Below, piece by piece: positions 24,423-36,413 of a DNA stretch of 64,000 nucleotides. Under the pieces are notes generated by a model, which saw nothing but the letters and a program-made list of their open reading frames with translations, was not told the DNA's origin and did no database searches. The DNA is from Isurus oxyrinchus (taxonomy: Eukaryota), in NCBI GenBank assembly GCA_026770705.1, contig JANJGN010000024.1, positions 31,310,001-31,374,000 on the forward strand, in the 5' to 3' direction. The number at the start of each line of letters is the position of its first letter. The first letter of the stretch is position 1. Both the position numbers and the translations under genes were made by a program.

Positions 24423-26137
24423 GAGTTTGAAGTTTTTGCAGCTTATGTGAACAAGAGCAGGGACTGCAGGGTGGATAAGTAAAGTGGCCATGGCACTATG
24501 GTACAGGGAGCCATTCAAGTGGGAGGAGTAAAAAGGAATGTAGATGTAGTAGGGGGACCGAATATCTAGGAGGATAGATACTGTTCCCTGTAGGATCTGG
24601 GAACCAGCAACGTAAGTAGGACTAAGAGAAAGATTCTGCTGAGAGAGTTTGAATAGCTAGGGACTAAATTATCAAGCAAATACACAAAGGTAATGATCTC
24701 GGGGATCACTACTTGAGCCACAAGCATAGGGTAAATGAGATCAGAGAGATCAATGCATGGCTCAAAGATTGATGTGGGAGAAATGAGTTTCAGTTCACAG
24801 GGCACTGGCATCAGTAGTGGGGAAAGAGGGAGATGTACCATTGGAATGGTCTTCACCTGAACTGGGCTGGGACCAGTGAATTGGTGAGTTTTATAACTAG
24901 GGCTCTGGAGAGGGTTTTAAATTAAATAGTGGTGTAGGGGAGGGGGTGGTGTTGGTTCACATGAGGGGAGATTTGGAAAGTCAAAGAGAAAGGGCAAAGC
25001 AATAGTGCAAGATCTTGCTACGCGTAATGGTAACCAGAGGGTGATAGGAAGGGACAGAATGTACAAACAAAGAGTGCACCCACAAATACGGTCAGAATAT
25101 GGAAAAAATGGCTTTTAGCTAAAAGAGAGGGATGAGGGTTCAGTGAAGGGGGATTTAGAAATCCAAAATAAAAGTTGAGACAATAGAAAAGTATATCGAT
25201 GTGGGTAAAGACAAGCTGAATCGGACAGGAAGAAACAGAAAGTTTCATAGGAATAGTGCATCAGAGAGGAAGGTCCGTGTGGGGAATAGTTATGAAAAAA
25301 GTAAAACTGAAGTCACTTCATCTGACTGCGTGGAGCATCCGCAATAAGATAAATGAACCTCCACTAGAGAGAAAGAACTTGTAATTTTACAGCACTTTGT
25401 CACATCAGCAGTCTATCCCACAGCACTGCACACCCAATCAATTATTTTTGATGTGCATTGTTATGCAGGCAAATATGACAACCAATTCTTTGTTGCCTGC
25501 CTAGGAAAATCAGATTTTTATATTCCTTATTTTCCATGGTGAATACTTTTTAGAGTGGTGCCTCAAGAAGGCTACTTTTTGTTTTCCATTGTTGTATCAG
25601 CTACCTTAGTGGGGGACTGGAGTTACATAGAGACCAGACCAGGTAAGAATGGTAATTTTCCATCCCAAAAAATATTAGTGAACTAGTTGGATTTTCAACT
25701 TCAACCTAATAGCCGCAGATTGTGGATGCTACACTAACAAATGTTCCCCTTCTCTCTGTGTATTAAAAATAAGGGAACCAGTGCCAGTTACCCCATTGCC
25801 TGTCAAGTACTGTCAAATCCTATAAGCACCAGTTCAAACACATCCTGCTTAAGAGATCAGATAGGGCGTGTGGGTGGGTGATGGGGGAAGAGGGTGTAAT
25901 GTCAGGGAAAGAGCCCCAGTGAAGTCACAGTAAAGCAAATTGTGAACAGGAGTTAATAGGGGAAGAAATAGACAAACAAGAGGAACAGGTGATGGGACTC
26001 CAATTCATACCTTTCATGGGCTTCATACCAAGTTGCACCTGTTTGTTTGCAGATGCTTTTTACACTACTGTTATCATCAGGTGAGAAGAGGTGGAATGAC
26101 TCCCTCAAGGATATGCTTGCCAATTCAGACAGTGTTT

Positions 26138-27705
26138 GGATGGAATTTTCCATGCCCGCCAGCCTCAGGACTGTTTGGTAGCGTGAGTGGAAGATATGGT
26201 GCAATCAGTTTCACGACAGCGTGAAATCAGTTTGCAATCGTCCACTCAGCCCACCAACAGCGGCCCGCATTTTACACCATCAGACGTCGGGAACCTCATT
26301 ATAATACATCAGCATTTCATTATTAGGCCTGTCCACTGGAATCATTCCCCTCGCCACTGGATCATCCAGCCACATCGGCGGGAAAACACTGGCATCCACT
26401 GCCAGTGGCCCTGAAAGTGACAGCAGTGCTCAATATCTACGCCAGTGGCTCCTTTCAGGACTCCACAGGTGACCTCGGTGGAATCTCACAAGCCTCCACC
26501 CACAAATGCCTCCATGAGGTCATAGATGCCATCTTTGTGAGGGTACACAACTTTTTGCATTTCACCCAGACCAGGACAGTCAGGATTCAAGAGCGATTGG
26601 ATTCACCCAACCTTGGGTTTCCCACAGGTTCAGGGTGCAATCAACTGCACTCATGTGGCACTCAGATCTCAATCACAACACGTGGTAAACTACATCAACC
26701 ACAAGGGATTCCATTCTTTGAATGCGCAGCTGGTATGCGACACATTCTGCAGGTGTGCGCATGGTCTCCAGGGAGTGTGCACAACTTCTACATCCTTAGT
26801 CAGTCGCTGATCCCTGAAGTCTTCCAGTGTCCACAGAGGCTGTAGGGATGGCTCCTTGGAGACAAGGGCTACCCGCGGTGGACATGGCCGATGACACCCG
26901 TGCAGCAGCCTCAGACTGCAGCAGAACGAAGGTATAATGAGGCTCATGCTGCAGCTCACAACTTGGTGGAGCAGACCTTTGGGGTGCTGAAGATGAGGTG
27001 CCTGAACCAGTCTGGTGGAGCCCTGCAATACAGACTGCAAAGGTGCCACAAAAGGTCGTCATGCACTGCGCCCTTTACAACCTGGCGCTGCATGGAGGGA
27101 CGAGCTGGCTGAGGAGGAGATGAGGGAGCTGGATGTCTCCTCCGATGAGGAGGAGGCTGATGGAGATGAGGCTGAGGAGATCCTTGGAGACGACGATGGC
27201 GAGGATAAGGCCCTCGCACTGGCTAGATGAGGCGGGTGCACTCAGGAAGCCCTCATAGCTGCAAGACTTGTGGAGGATGATGACAACATTGGGCAGGATA
27301 TTTGGGTTGTCAGGCAGGTGGGCCCGGGAGTGGTCAGGAAACGGGACGCCGCCCACAATCGGCCCCCAATCATAATTTCATGCTGGCTGGTCAATTAACG
27401 GTGGCATTCTTTTTGCCTTTCGGGGCCAACCTGTGTTCTGTGCAGCAGTCGTGGTCTGGAAGCACTGAGATGTGTGCTTGCGGCTGGACTGTAAATATAG
27501 TGCCTGGCATGAAGTGGCACGGCGATGGTGGGCAGGCGAACGAGAACCTGCCCATCTTGGAAATGGTGTATTTCCCAGGACTGCATAATTAATGTGGCAG
27601 GTTTGGAATGATATGGTGTAAAAGCCCACCATCACGGCCGAAGGGTAAATCATCATTTTACCCGCCTGCTACCGCACTTAGTGCAAATCTGGGAAGAGTC
27701 CACCC
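26138..27705 (+). mobile_element. Internally deleted Harbinger DNA transposon with a transposase remnant
   Basis: Termini ggatggaattttcc / ggaagagtccaccc with ttt on both flanks; subterminal sequences shared with the elements at 34001, 39880 and 49555. Confidence 0.85.
26397..27260 (+). pseudogene. Harbinger (HARBI1-like) DDE transposase, frameshifted
   Basis: [48 protein letters not shown]...[11 protein letters not shown] and an acidic C-terminus. Confidence 0.9.
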
Positions 27706-27856
27706 TTTAACTGTTTATGTGCTGTAGCTATAATAGGTACAGACAGGTTTCCTTGAGGCTTTTTTAAAAAATGAGAAACGAGGGCAGTTTTTATTGTACT
27801 TAACCTGGTTGAAGAGAAATAATAAAATACTCCAACATTCCTGCACATGCACGCAT

Positions 27857-27858
<2 letters not shown>

Positions 27859-27894
<36 letters not shown>
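27859..27894. repeat. (CA)n microsatellite
   Basis: Uninterrupted AC run. Confidence 0.95.
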
Positions 27895-27897
<3 letters not shown>

Positions 27898-28649
27898 ACA
27901 AAGTGGGAGGATAGATTAAGTGACATTTTTAAAGTCAAACAAAGATTAAAGTGAGATTGTTCTCATAGACTTGGGTGGATCCATGATGATCTTGATGGTC
28001 CTTCTGGTTTTGGCATCAAGGTGTCTTAAAGATATCGATGGATGATTTATCTGTTCTAACAGCAATAGCAGCTGCTGGGCTGAGTACTTGAAAAATCTCA
28101 GCCTGCAGCACATGGACAGTCAAAAACAGCAGACAGAGTTCACGCTTATAGAAATAGGTTGAGAAAGAGAAAGAGAGAGAGAAGAAAAGGCCCACAAAGA
28201 GGTACTCTGCGCTGCTGTTGTTTCTGCGATTGCCTTGTTTCTCCCTGGTTCTTGGAGTGAATAAGATTTGTTATCTGAAGTCAGTTTCAGACATGTGACC
28301 ACCTGATCAATACACCCATTGTTCACATAAGTTATTCAAAGCTAGAAAGCATTGAGGAATGGATGGTGGTCATTCACACCCTCTTATGATGTAGTGCACT
28401 TAGTTACGTTGCTCGAAGTCATTCAGTCTGGACTGAGTTTTGGGTAAGTGCACAGATAACAGGAGGAGTGAATTCTACAGATGGTTTCATCATAGTATGT
28501 CCATGCAAGGGAGCACATCCCAAACAGTGTCATTTAATTAAGAGCTTTCCAGAGACTTGAGGTAATTCTGAGTCTGTGTAGAAATTTTCGAAGTCAGCGG
28601 CCAGCTTAACAGCTTGCTGTTTCAGTCGTTTCAAAACATATTCAGTGAT

Positions 28650-29495
28650 TTTATTTTTATTCATACATGAGATGTGGGTGTCGCTGGCTGACCTGCTCTT
28701 TTAGCTACAGCATTTATATGGCTAATCCAGTTCAATGGTCAATGGTAACTCCTAGGATGTTGATAGTGGGGGATTCAGCAATAGTAATGCCATTGAATAT
28801 CGAGGCACGATGGTTAGATTCTCTCTTTTTGGAGATGGTCATTGCCTGGTGCTTGTGTGGTGCGAATGTTACTTGCCACTACCTTGAGGAACTCTTGCAG
28901 TGATGTCCTGGAACTGAGATGTTTGACCTCCAACAACCACATTTTCCTTTGTACTAGGTATGAGTGGAGAGTTTTCCCCCTGATTCCCATTGACTCCAGC
29001 TTTGCTAGGGCTCCTTGATGCTCCACTCGGTCAAATGCTGCCTTTGTTGTCAAGGGCAGTCAATCTCACCTCACTTCTGGAGGTCAGCTCTTTTATTCAT
29101 GTTTGAACCAAGGCTGTAATGAGGTCAGGAGCTGAGTGGCCCTGACAGAACCCAAACTGAATGTCAATGAGCAGGTTATTGATAAGCAACTGTCGCTTGA
29201 TGGCACCATTGATGACCCTTTCCATCACTTTACTGATGATCAAGGATAGATTGATAGGGCGGTAATTAGCTGGGTTGGATTTGTTTTGCTTTTTGTGTAC
29301 AGGACATACCTGGACAATTTCCCACATAGCCGGGTAGATACCAGTGTTGTAGCTCTACTGGAACAGCTTGGCTAAGGGCACAGCAAGTTCTGGAGCACAA
29401 GACTTCAGTAATATTGCCAGAATATTGTTAGGGACCATAGCCTTTGTAGTATCCAGTGCCTTCAGCCATTTCTTGATGATATGTGGAGTGAATCC
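28650..29495 (-). mobile_element. CR1-clade family B LINE fragment with internal deletions
   Basis: CPVHKKQNKSNPANYRPI...QFGFCQGHSAPDLITALVQ and AAFDRV RT motifs; tail at about 28650-28690. Confidence 0.85.
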
Positions 29496-30635
29496 AGTGA
29501 ATACATAAAATCATTTTTATAAAGCATAGCTTCACAGTATTACCCTTTGAGAATCTTCAGAGATCTCTGCATGGATTAATAAAGCGCCTTCTGCTGTGTT
29601 GCTCTGATACCTGTAAAGGCATGTGAAAGACTGGGGAGTTTGCAGAGCACAACTGAGATATTGAAAACACAAGGATGTCCTACAAGAAGTCCCCAAGGAC
29701 ACAGGCTCCCAGTGCCGATGCAGCTTTGCTTATTAATATTGTGTATGCTGCTATTGAACCTTTAACGTTCATTTATATAAGGCCCTTATTCTGGTCTTCA
29801 AAGCTGAGGAGATTGAAAGTACCTTGATAACAGACTTCAAAATGTTTGGTACTGACCCCACATTGATCCCTGGTCCCCTGCAAAGGGGAACCAACAGGTT
29901 TGGTTTGGTAAGAGAGACGGGGACAAGGACACCTATCGGCCTCAGATCTCATTCACTCTTCAGTTAACCAGTGAATGTTCCCAGGTGCTGGCATTAATGT
30001 CATGTTGTAACGATTGAGGATCAGCATATTTGCTTCTTCCACTGAGGTGACACTTAGAAGGAACAGGAGATTAGGATGTCAGTGACACACACCTTACTAC
30101 ATAATTGAGACTAATCACTAATGAAGCAATATTCATTTTAAGAACATGCATGCTGACCAGGGGGGTGGGGGTAAAAGCACTGGTTGTGCCTTCTTTAATT
30201 ATGTTTGATTATGATCAGTTGGCAGAAAGGACAGGTGAATATTGGGAACTAATGCCTAGGTAGAGTAATGAAGGTAGGGGGCACTTGGTCAATATGTTGG
30301 AATGGGGTGAGGGTAGTTATTCAAACAAAGGAAATTCAAACATTACAATAGTAACTGCACTTCAAAAGCTCTTCACTGGCTATAATGCTCTTTGGGATTT
30401 CCTGAGGATGTGACTTCATAAATGCAAGCCTATCTTTTATTTTAAGTACAAGACAACCTTGCACAAATTTATATATTTTTGGAGGGTGCATTTGAGCAAG
30501 TGCAAACGCACAGCATTGCCTAAAAATATTTAAACGTTTTTCCTCCAGCAAAAATAGCCAACACCCTGCCTGAAAAAGCTGAGGGCCTGCTGGCAAATGA
30601 ACAAATACCTAAGCACATCACGACTAATGACAAAC

Positions 30636-31413
30636 ACCACTACCATCAATACAATCACTACCAATCACTACCATCACTACCATGGTTACCAATCACTACC
30701 ATCACTACCATGGTTACCAATCATTGCCATCACTACTGTCACTACCAATCATTGCCATCACTACTGTCACTACCAATCACTACCATGGTTACCAATCATT
30801 GCCATCACTACTGTCACTACCAATCACTACCATGGTTACCAATCATTGCCATCACTACTGTCACTACCAATCACTACCATGGTTACCAATCATTGCCATC
30901 ACTACTGTCACTACCAATCACTACCACGGTTAACAATCACTACCATCACTAACGTCACTACCAATCACTACCATGGTTACCAATCACTGCCATCACTATA
31001 ATCATAACCATCAATATCATTATTACTATCACTACAATCACTACGATTGTTACCATCAGTACCATCACGACAATCACTACCAATCACTACCATCACTACC
31101 ATCATTACCGTCACTACTGTCATTACCATCTCTACATCCACCGCCAATCACTGCCATCACTACAGTCACTACCATCACTTCCATTGTTACCATCACTACC
31201 ATCACCGCAATCACTACAATCACTACCATCACTACTAACATTACCATCACTATCACCACACTCACTGCCATCACTACCATCATTTCTATCACTGCCATCA
31301 TTGCCAATCACTACCATCACCACAATCACTACCATCATTAGCATCACCACCAATCACTACCATCACTACTAATCACTACCAACCAATATCATCACTACCA
31401 TCACTACCAATCA
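30636..31413. repeat. Tandem repeat derived from (ACCATCACT)n with a 47-bp higher-order unit
   Basis: catggttacc recurs at 30784, 30831 and 30878; subunits of 9-10 bp. Confidence 0.9.
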
Positions 31414-31868
31414 GTGTGAATGAAATTTCACTCCATTGCACTCTGATAACTAGGGGAAATTTCACATCATCCTTTTTGCCAGTTTAAATGTTTCTGTGGC
31501 TAACGATTCACTAAACAAAATTCCAGTTGACATTATCCAACTTTGACATGGCTTTGTCAGTAATGGAATGGAACATGTAATTGGGTGAATAGATCATGGA
31601 TGGGCCACATTTTCACTAGTCAGGTAATAGTCACTGTTCCGATCACATTCAAATCATACAACTTGATTTTATTTTCCTGACTGTCAGTAGTGTAAAAAAA
31701 AACACCTGAGACTTTTTACACAGGCACAGGTCTTACTTTCAAAGTGACAGACAGTTTGGGGTTATTATTTAGAGCAATACTGCAAGGATGTGCTAATGAG
31801 CTGTCAGTAAGTTTTTATACAGAAAGAAAATTGCTTTCCAATTGCCAAAGGCTGGAAGAAGACAGATT

Positions 31869-32014
31869 GGGGGTAATTTTAACTTTGCGAGACAGTGTAA
31901 AACAAATGATAGCAAATCAACTTCAATGAAAATAAAAATCAGAGTCAATGTAAATCGGGTTACTGATTTGCTGTCACCCCTTTTACACAATTGCACAAAG
32001 TCACAATTACCCCC
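31869..32014. mobile_element. Short near-palindromic MITE
   Basis: TIRs gggggtaatttt.actttg / caaagtcacaattaccccc; internal inverted symmetry (tgtaaaa...agcaaatca / tgatttgct...ttttaca). Confidence 0.7.
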
Positions 32015-32974
32015 AGAGTTTTAAGACATCCAGCTATATTTGTCTGAATCCTCAGGATTATAACAGTGATTACTGTTTTTATTTACTGAGTAAATCAATA
32101 GATTTATTACACTGAACTTATCACTGTAAATATAATGCAAACATATACTGTGATTATCGGGACTAGGTTGAGCAGTGTAATTGAAGATTATTGGATGAAT
32201 GGTAGGTAAATTACTTCAGCTTCTGTCAAGTAGTATGCTGTTATTTGCACAGAATTAACACTAGTACTCACTCAGAATGAAAAATAAAAGTAAGCATCTT
32301 ATTTACTTGGTTTTTAAATGACAGTAGTTCATAATGCTTGTCACACTTATTAGTACTTCTTTCCTTTGCAAGTTTTTTTTCTGTCCCTCGCTGATTCTTT
32401 GTTCTGTTACATAGCCATTACTGTCCTATTGGAATTAAATTCTATGCATGCTTGGAGCCCTCAGCTTCCTCTGCAAAAGGATATTATTGACATGTGAACT
32501 CTAATAGTGAGCGTCTCTAGGCTATTGGGAGGAGGGTAGCTATCACAGCTGAGCCCAATCCTGATGTGCAATTGGGTTGCTGGACAGTGATGTGGAAATT
32601 AAATCAGTCAGTTTTACTCCCCCTGCAGTTCAGAACACTGAGGGTAACTTTCATGTTGCCATCCTATGCCCATGTGAGATAGCTAATTCAGTACAAATTA
32701 GGGGTTAAACCTAAGGCCTTTCCAGGCTCTATGGCTTGGTTACTTTATCAGTCAACTCCACGAGATGCTGCAGGATGCACCCTTTCCACTTAAAAAACTG
32801 TATCAGCAGAACCACAGCATGTAAAATGCAACAAAATTTAAAATGAACCATTTTGTTCTCTATCGTTGCATGCTTATCCCCAAATAATACAATTTCATTC
32901 AATATGGTCTGGTATTTTTTGTATTTATGTTTTGACTGTGTGGCCTTAATTTAATCTATTGATGAAGTGAGAGA

Positions 32975-33183
32975 ATGGCACGCTTGCATTTTCTATAGTG
33001 TCTTTCATAAATCAACACATCACAACATGCTTCACACCCAATCAAGCTATTTTCACCATGGTTGTAATATAGGGACACATGCCAGTCAAATTGCACACAG
33101 CAAGGTCCCACAAACAGCAAGGGGGTAAAAGACCAGCAAATCATCTGGGATAAACTGTGTCTAGGGCAACAGGAAAACTCTCC
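32975..33183 (-). mobile_element. Deu-SINE 3' half
   Basis: aaattgcacacagcaaggtcccacaaacagcaa, reverse complement of the SINE body. Confidence 0.6.
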
Positions 33184-33184
33184 T

Positions 33185-35335
33185 AATAAAAACGGAGAAT
33201 GCTGGAATACTCTGCAGGTCAGACTGCACTTATGGAGAGAGAAATAGAGTTCATGGTTCCTAATACTATCCTAACACCAAAACATCCTCCTACTGCACCT
33301 TTCTATTCAAATACAGGAAATAAAACACCTGCCCTCTTACCTCCTCTCTCCTCGCTGTCTAAGGTCTTAAATAATCCTTCCAGGTGAAGCAGTGATTTAT
33401 GTGTGCTTCTTTCAATTTAATCTACTGTATTCACTGCTTACAATGTAGCCCCCTTATCATTGGGGAGAGTAAATACAGGTTGGGTGACCACTTTGTGGAA
33501 CACCTCAGTTCAGTCTGCAGGCATGACCCCGAGTCTCCAGTGGACTGTCATCCTAATTCTCCACCTTGCTTGCATCATGACATCTCTGTCCTTGGCCTCC
33601 TGCACTGGTCCAGTGAAGCACAATGTAAACTCAAGGAACAGAACCTCATCTTGGATTAGTTACTATACAACCTTCCAGACTCAACATTGAGTTCAACAAT
33701 TTCAGATTATAAACTCTGTTCCCCACCCTCACACCCTGCTTTTTTTTTCTTTGTATGTTTATTGTTTTCTCTTATTTTTGCTTTCAGACCTGCTCTTCGA
33801 ACATCTTATGCCTCTTTGTTTCCTTACTTGGCACATTGCCATTCTCTTTAGCCCTGGAAGAGTAACTCTTCTGTCATTCACTGTCTCCTGTCTTCCAATC
33901 TATCACAGGCTTTCCTTTTGTCCTTGATCCCCCAACCCTTGCTCAAAGCTTATTATATCTCTAGCTTTCTAAAGAAGAGTCACATTGGATTTGAAACATT
34001 GGGCGTAATTTTCCGCACCTGCTGGCATCAGGCGTCATATCAGGCATGAGCAGACAATATGGCAGGAAGGCCAAAAATTGGGTCTCATAACGTCATGAAA
34101 CCAGTTTGCAATCGTCTGCTCCGCAGGCGGCAGGCCGCATTTCCTGCTGCTGCACACCTGGAACATTGTAATATATCTGCACATCATGAAAAGCTCACCT
34201 CACCAGAATCATCCCCTCTCAAGCACGTCAGCATGTGTTTCACAACTGTATATAAGCGACGTGTACCTGGTGAGCTGCACTTCACTCAGAACTTTAAGGC
34301 TTGTTTGCTTATCTGGCTTTGGGCAGCACTCACAGTCATCAGCACTGGACTTCATAACAGCACCACATCATTTTTAGTGGGGCTTGTGGGCAGGTCTATA
34401 CCTATCAGACTAGCCTTAAGGCAGTGGTCACTTTTCAATGGCTGCAGGGCTAGGGTTGCTTGGGGAAGTGGCCTCAGGCAAGGGAAGAGGCTGCAGGGCG
34501 AGGACTGTTCTGGGAAAGGGGGGAGTATCCTAGGGTGTGTGTGTGAGGGCACATGTTGATCTGTGCCAGTGGCCTCAAGATGGTAAGGACTGAGGAGGCA
34601 GTCTCTAGAGGGGATGAGGCCAGATGGAGATGTGAGGGTGTGTGTGAGAGAGTGAATGGTGATATCCCTTGAGCTGGCAGTGGCTGTGATGCCAGTGAAT
34701 GTGTGATTGTGAGTGTGTGAGTTTAGAGTAATGAGATGGTTGCCTTACCCGGACGGCACAAATGAGATCATTCATCCTCTTTCTGCACTGGATGGCCAAC
34801 CTCTTCTGTGCAGCATTGGCACTGACAACCACTGCCACTGCGCCTCAAGCTGGAGTGGTAAGATTACTGGACCTCCTGCAGCCAGAGCTGGGGTAGAGCA
34901 TATCATGGTGGGCCTCCAAAAGGCATTCCAGTGACAGGTCACTGAACTCTCTTTGACTTTCTGGAGCAGTATTGGGCTGCAAGCATTGGGAACTGTGCGG
35001 GAGGCTGGGCAGTTTAGATATGGCAGCCGGAGTGAGAAAACGGTGAAGTAATGGCATGACGGCTGATTCAGAGGCTGCCCACCAGTGAGATGGCACGTTA
35101 CCTGTGGCTGCATAATTAATGAGGCAGGATTGGGATGATACAGTGTGAAAAGCCACTATTGCTGTCAGCAAGTAAAATGTCCTTTCTCCCGCCCACTACC
35201 ACACTTAGTGTAAATCTGGGACGATTTCGCCATTAACTCTGTTTCTCTCTCCACAGGTGCTGCCAGATTTGCTGAGCTTTTCCAGCACTTTCCAATTTTG
35301 TTTGAGTTTCAACATCTGCAGTGTTCGGCTTTTTC
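33185..35335 (+). mobile_element. Penelope-like element: inverted pLTR stub, GIY-YIG endonuclease remnant and 3' pLTR split by a Harbinger
   Basis: NLIYCIHCLQC...IIGESKYRLGDHFVEH...KLKEQNLI at 33399-33659; the pLTR continues at 35232 with attaactctgtttctctctccacag. Confidence 0.85.
34001..35231 (-). mobile_element. Non-autonomous Harbinger carrying exon 1 of the Myb/SANT gene
   Basis: TSD att at 33998-34000 and 35232-35234; termini gggcgtaatt / gatttcgcc; peptide VVSANAAQKRLAIQCRKRMNDL followed by a GTAAGG splice donor. Confidence 0.85.
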
Positions 35336-35929
35336 TTTTAGGAAAACTCACCTTTTTTTTGCGGAGTGCCATTGGACTTTTTGAAACGATCTGAGCAAGG
35401 GTGCGACACTGGATTACTCCATATTCTTAATTCCCTTTCGTAGTCTCAAAACAAACCATGGTCCGATTGGCAGAGAGAGTAGTCAGTTCACTTCCTATTG
35501 TGTCTCTTCCTACTGAGCAGCTGAGTATTACCGAACAGGAAGTTGCTTCTGTACAACAAATCAGCAAGAGGTATACAAGGATGATCTGGAGTAATATTTT
35601 CTTCAGAGAATCATTCTCTCTCCCTCACTTGGACGGAATTCTAGATTCAGTCCTGCATCTTGCTATTCTATTACATGCAGCATATTGGGAGATAACATCC
35701 CATTCCACTGTGCCCTTTCCCATGTCATAGCTCAGGTGAAAGCATAGGGGCTTCATGGGCCTAATTTCTCATGTTATACTTCGATTTTTTTTCTTGCAAA
35801 CAACAATAACAAAACAATAATAACAACAACGTGCATTTATATAGCACCTTTAATGTAAGAAATGCCCATGGGTTATTCACGGAGGCATAAGGAAAAAAAC
35901 TGATGCCAAACCGTAGAGGGAGCGGTTGG

Positions 35930-36413
35930 TGTAGTATTAGGGTATGTAAGGATTAATGTGGGATTGTGTATGTAGCACTTCCCATAATTATGTTGTAAGA
36001 GAACACATGACTGGGAGAGGAGGGTGGAGAATGTTCATGGCATCAGCAGTGTAACACCTGGTCAAGGATAGCTGTACATAGTTCAGTTGTATAAAATAAA
36101 CCAGTTGTCATTTGAACATACCAACGTCTCAGCAATCATTCCGAAGCTAGACTAACCAGCATACAACATGGTGCAATGATGATGGTGCCCAAAACACTGA
36201 TAATTCAATTTTAAGAAAGATTAAATGCCAGACCATTAAAAGTGGCATCAAAACTGCAGAACTCTGTAAGACATAGTTGAAGAGCCCCAAACAGCTTCAT
36301 AGATGAACTGGAATCTGGAAGAGTCAGAAAATCAACTTTCAAAGCAATTCAAGGCTTCACCTCAGCATGTGGTTGCCTGTGGAGATGAAGGAGTGAATTT
36401 CAAACATGATCTT
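35930..36413 (+). mobile_element. Gypsy 5' LTR (35930-36168), PBS and probable start of gag, truncated
   Basis: TGTAGT...ACAACA, then TGGTGCAATG; contains AATAAA; shares blocks with the LTR at 18079-18326. Confidence 0.75.

Larger units (their letters stand above)
24030..25360 (+). mobile_element. CR1 LINE 5' region: ORF1 esterase remnant and start of the ORF2 endonuclease
   Basis: atggtcttcacctgaactgggctggg encodes a GLHLNWAG SGNH-type motif; agcatccgcaataagataaatgaa encodes SIRNKINE (APE N-terminus). Confidence 0.7.

Noticed and set aside
26397-27260. Domesticated HARBI1 gene
   Set aside because: Frameshifts, stops, internal deletions and flanking TIRs show a dead transposon copy
30597-31372. 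His/Thr-rich, mucin-like ORFs
   Set aside because: Translation of a simple tandem repeat; no splice or domain context
35458-35730. 90-aa ORF with a good Kozak context (accATGG)
   Set aside because: No recognisable domain, promoter or exon chain; an ORF of this length is expected by chance
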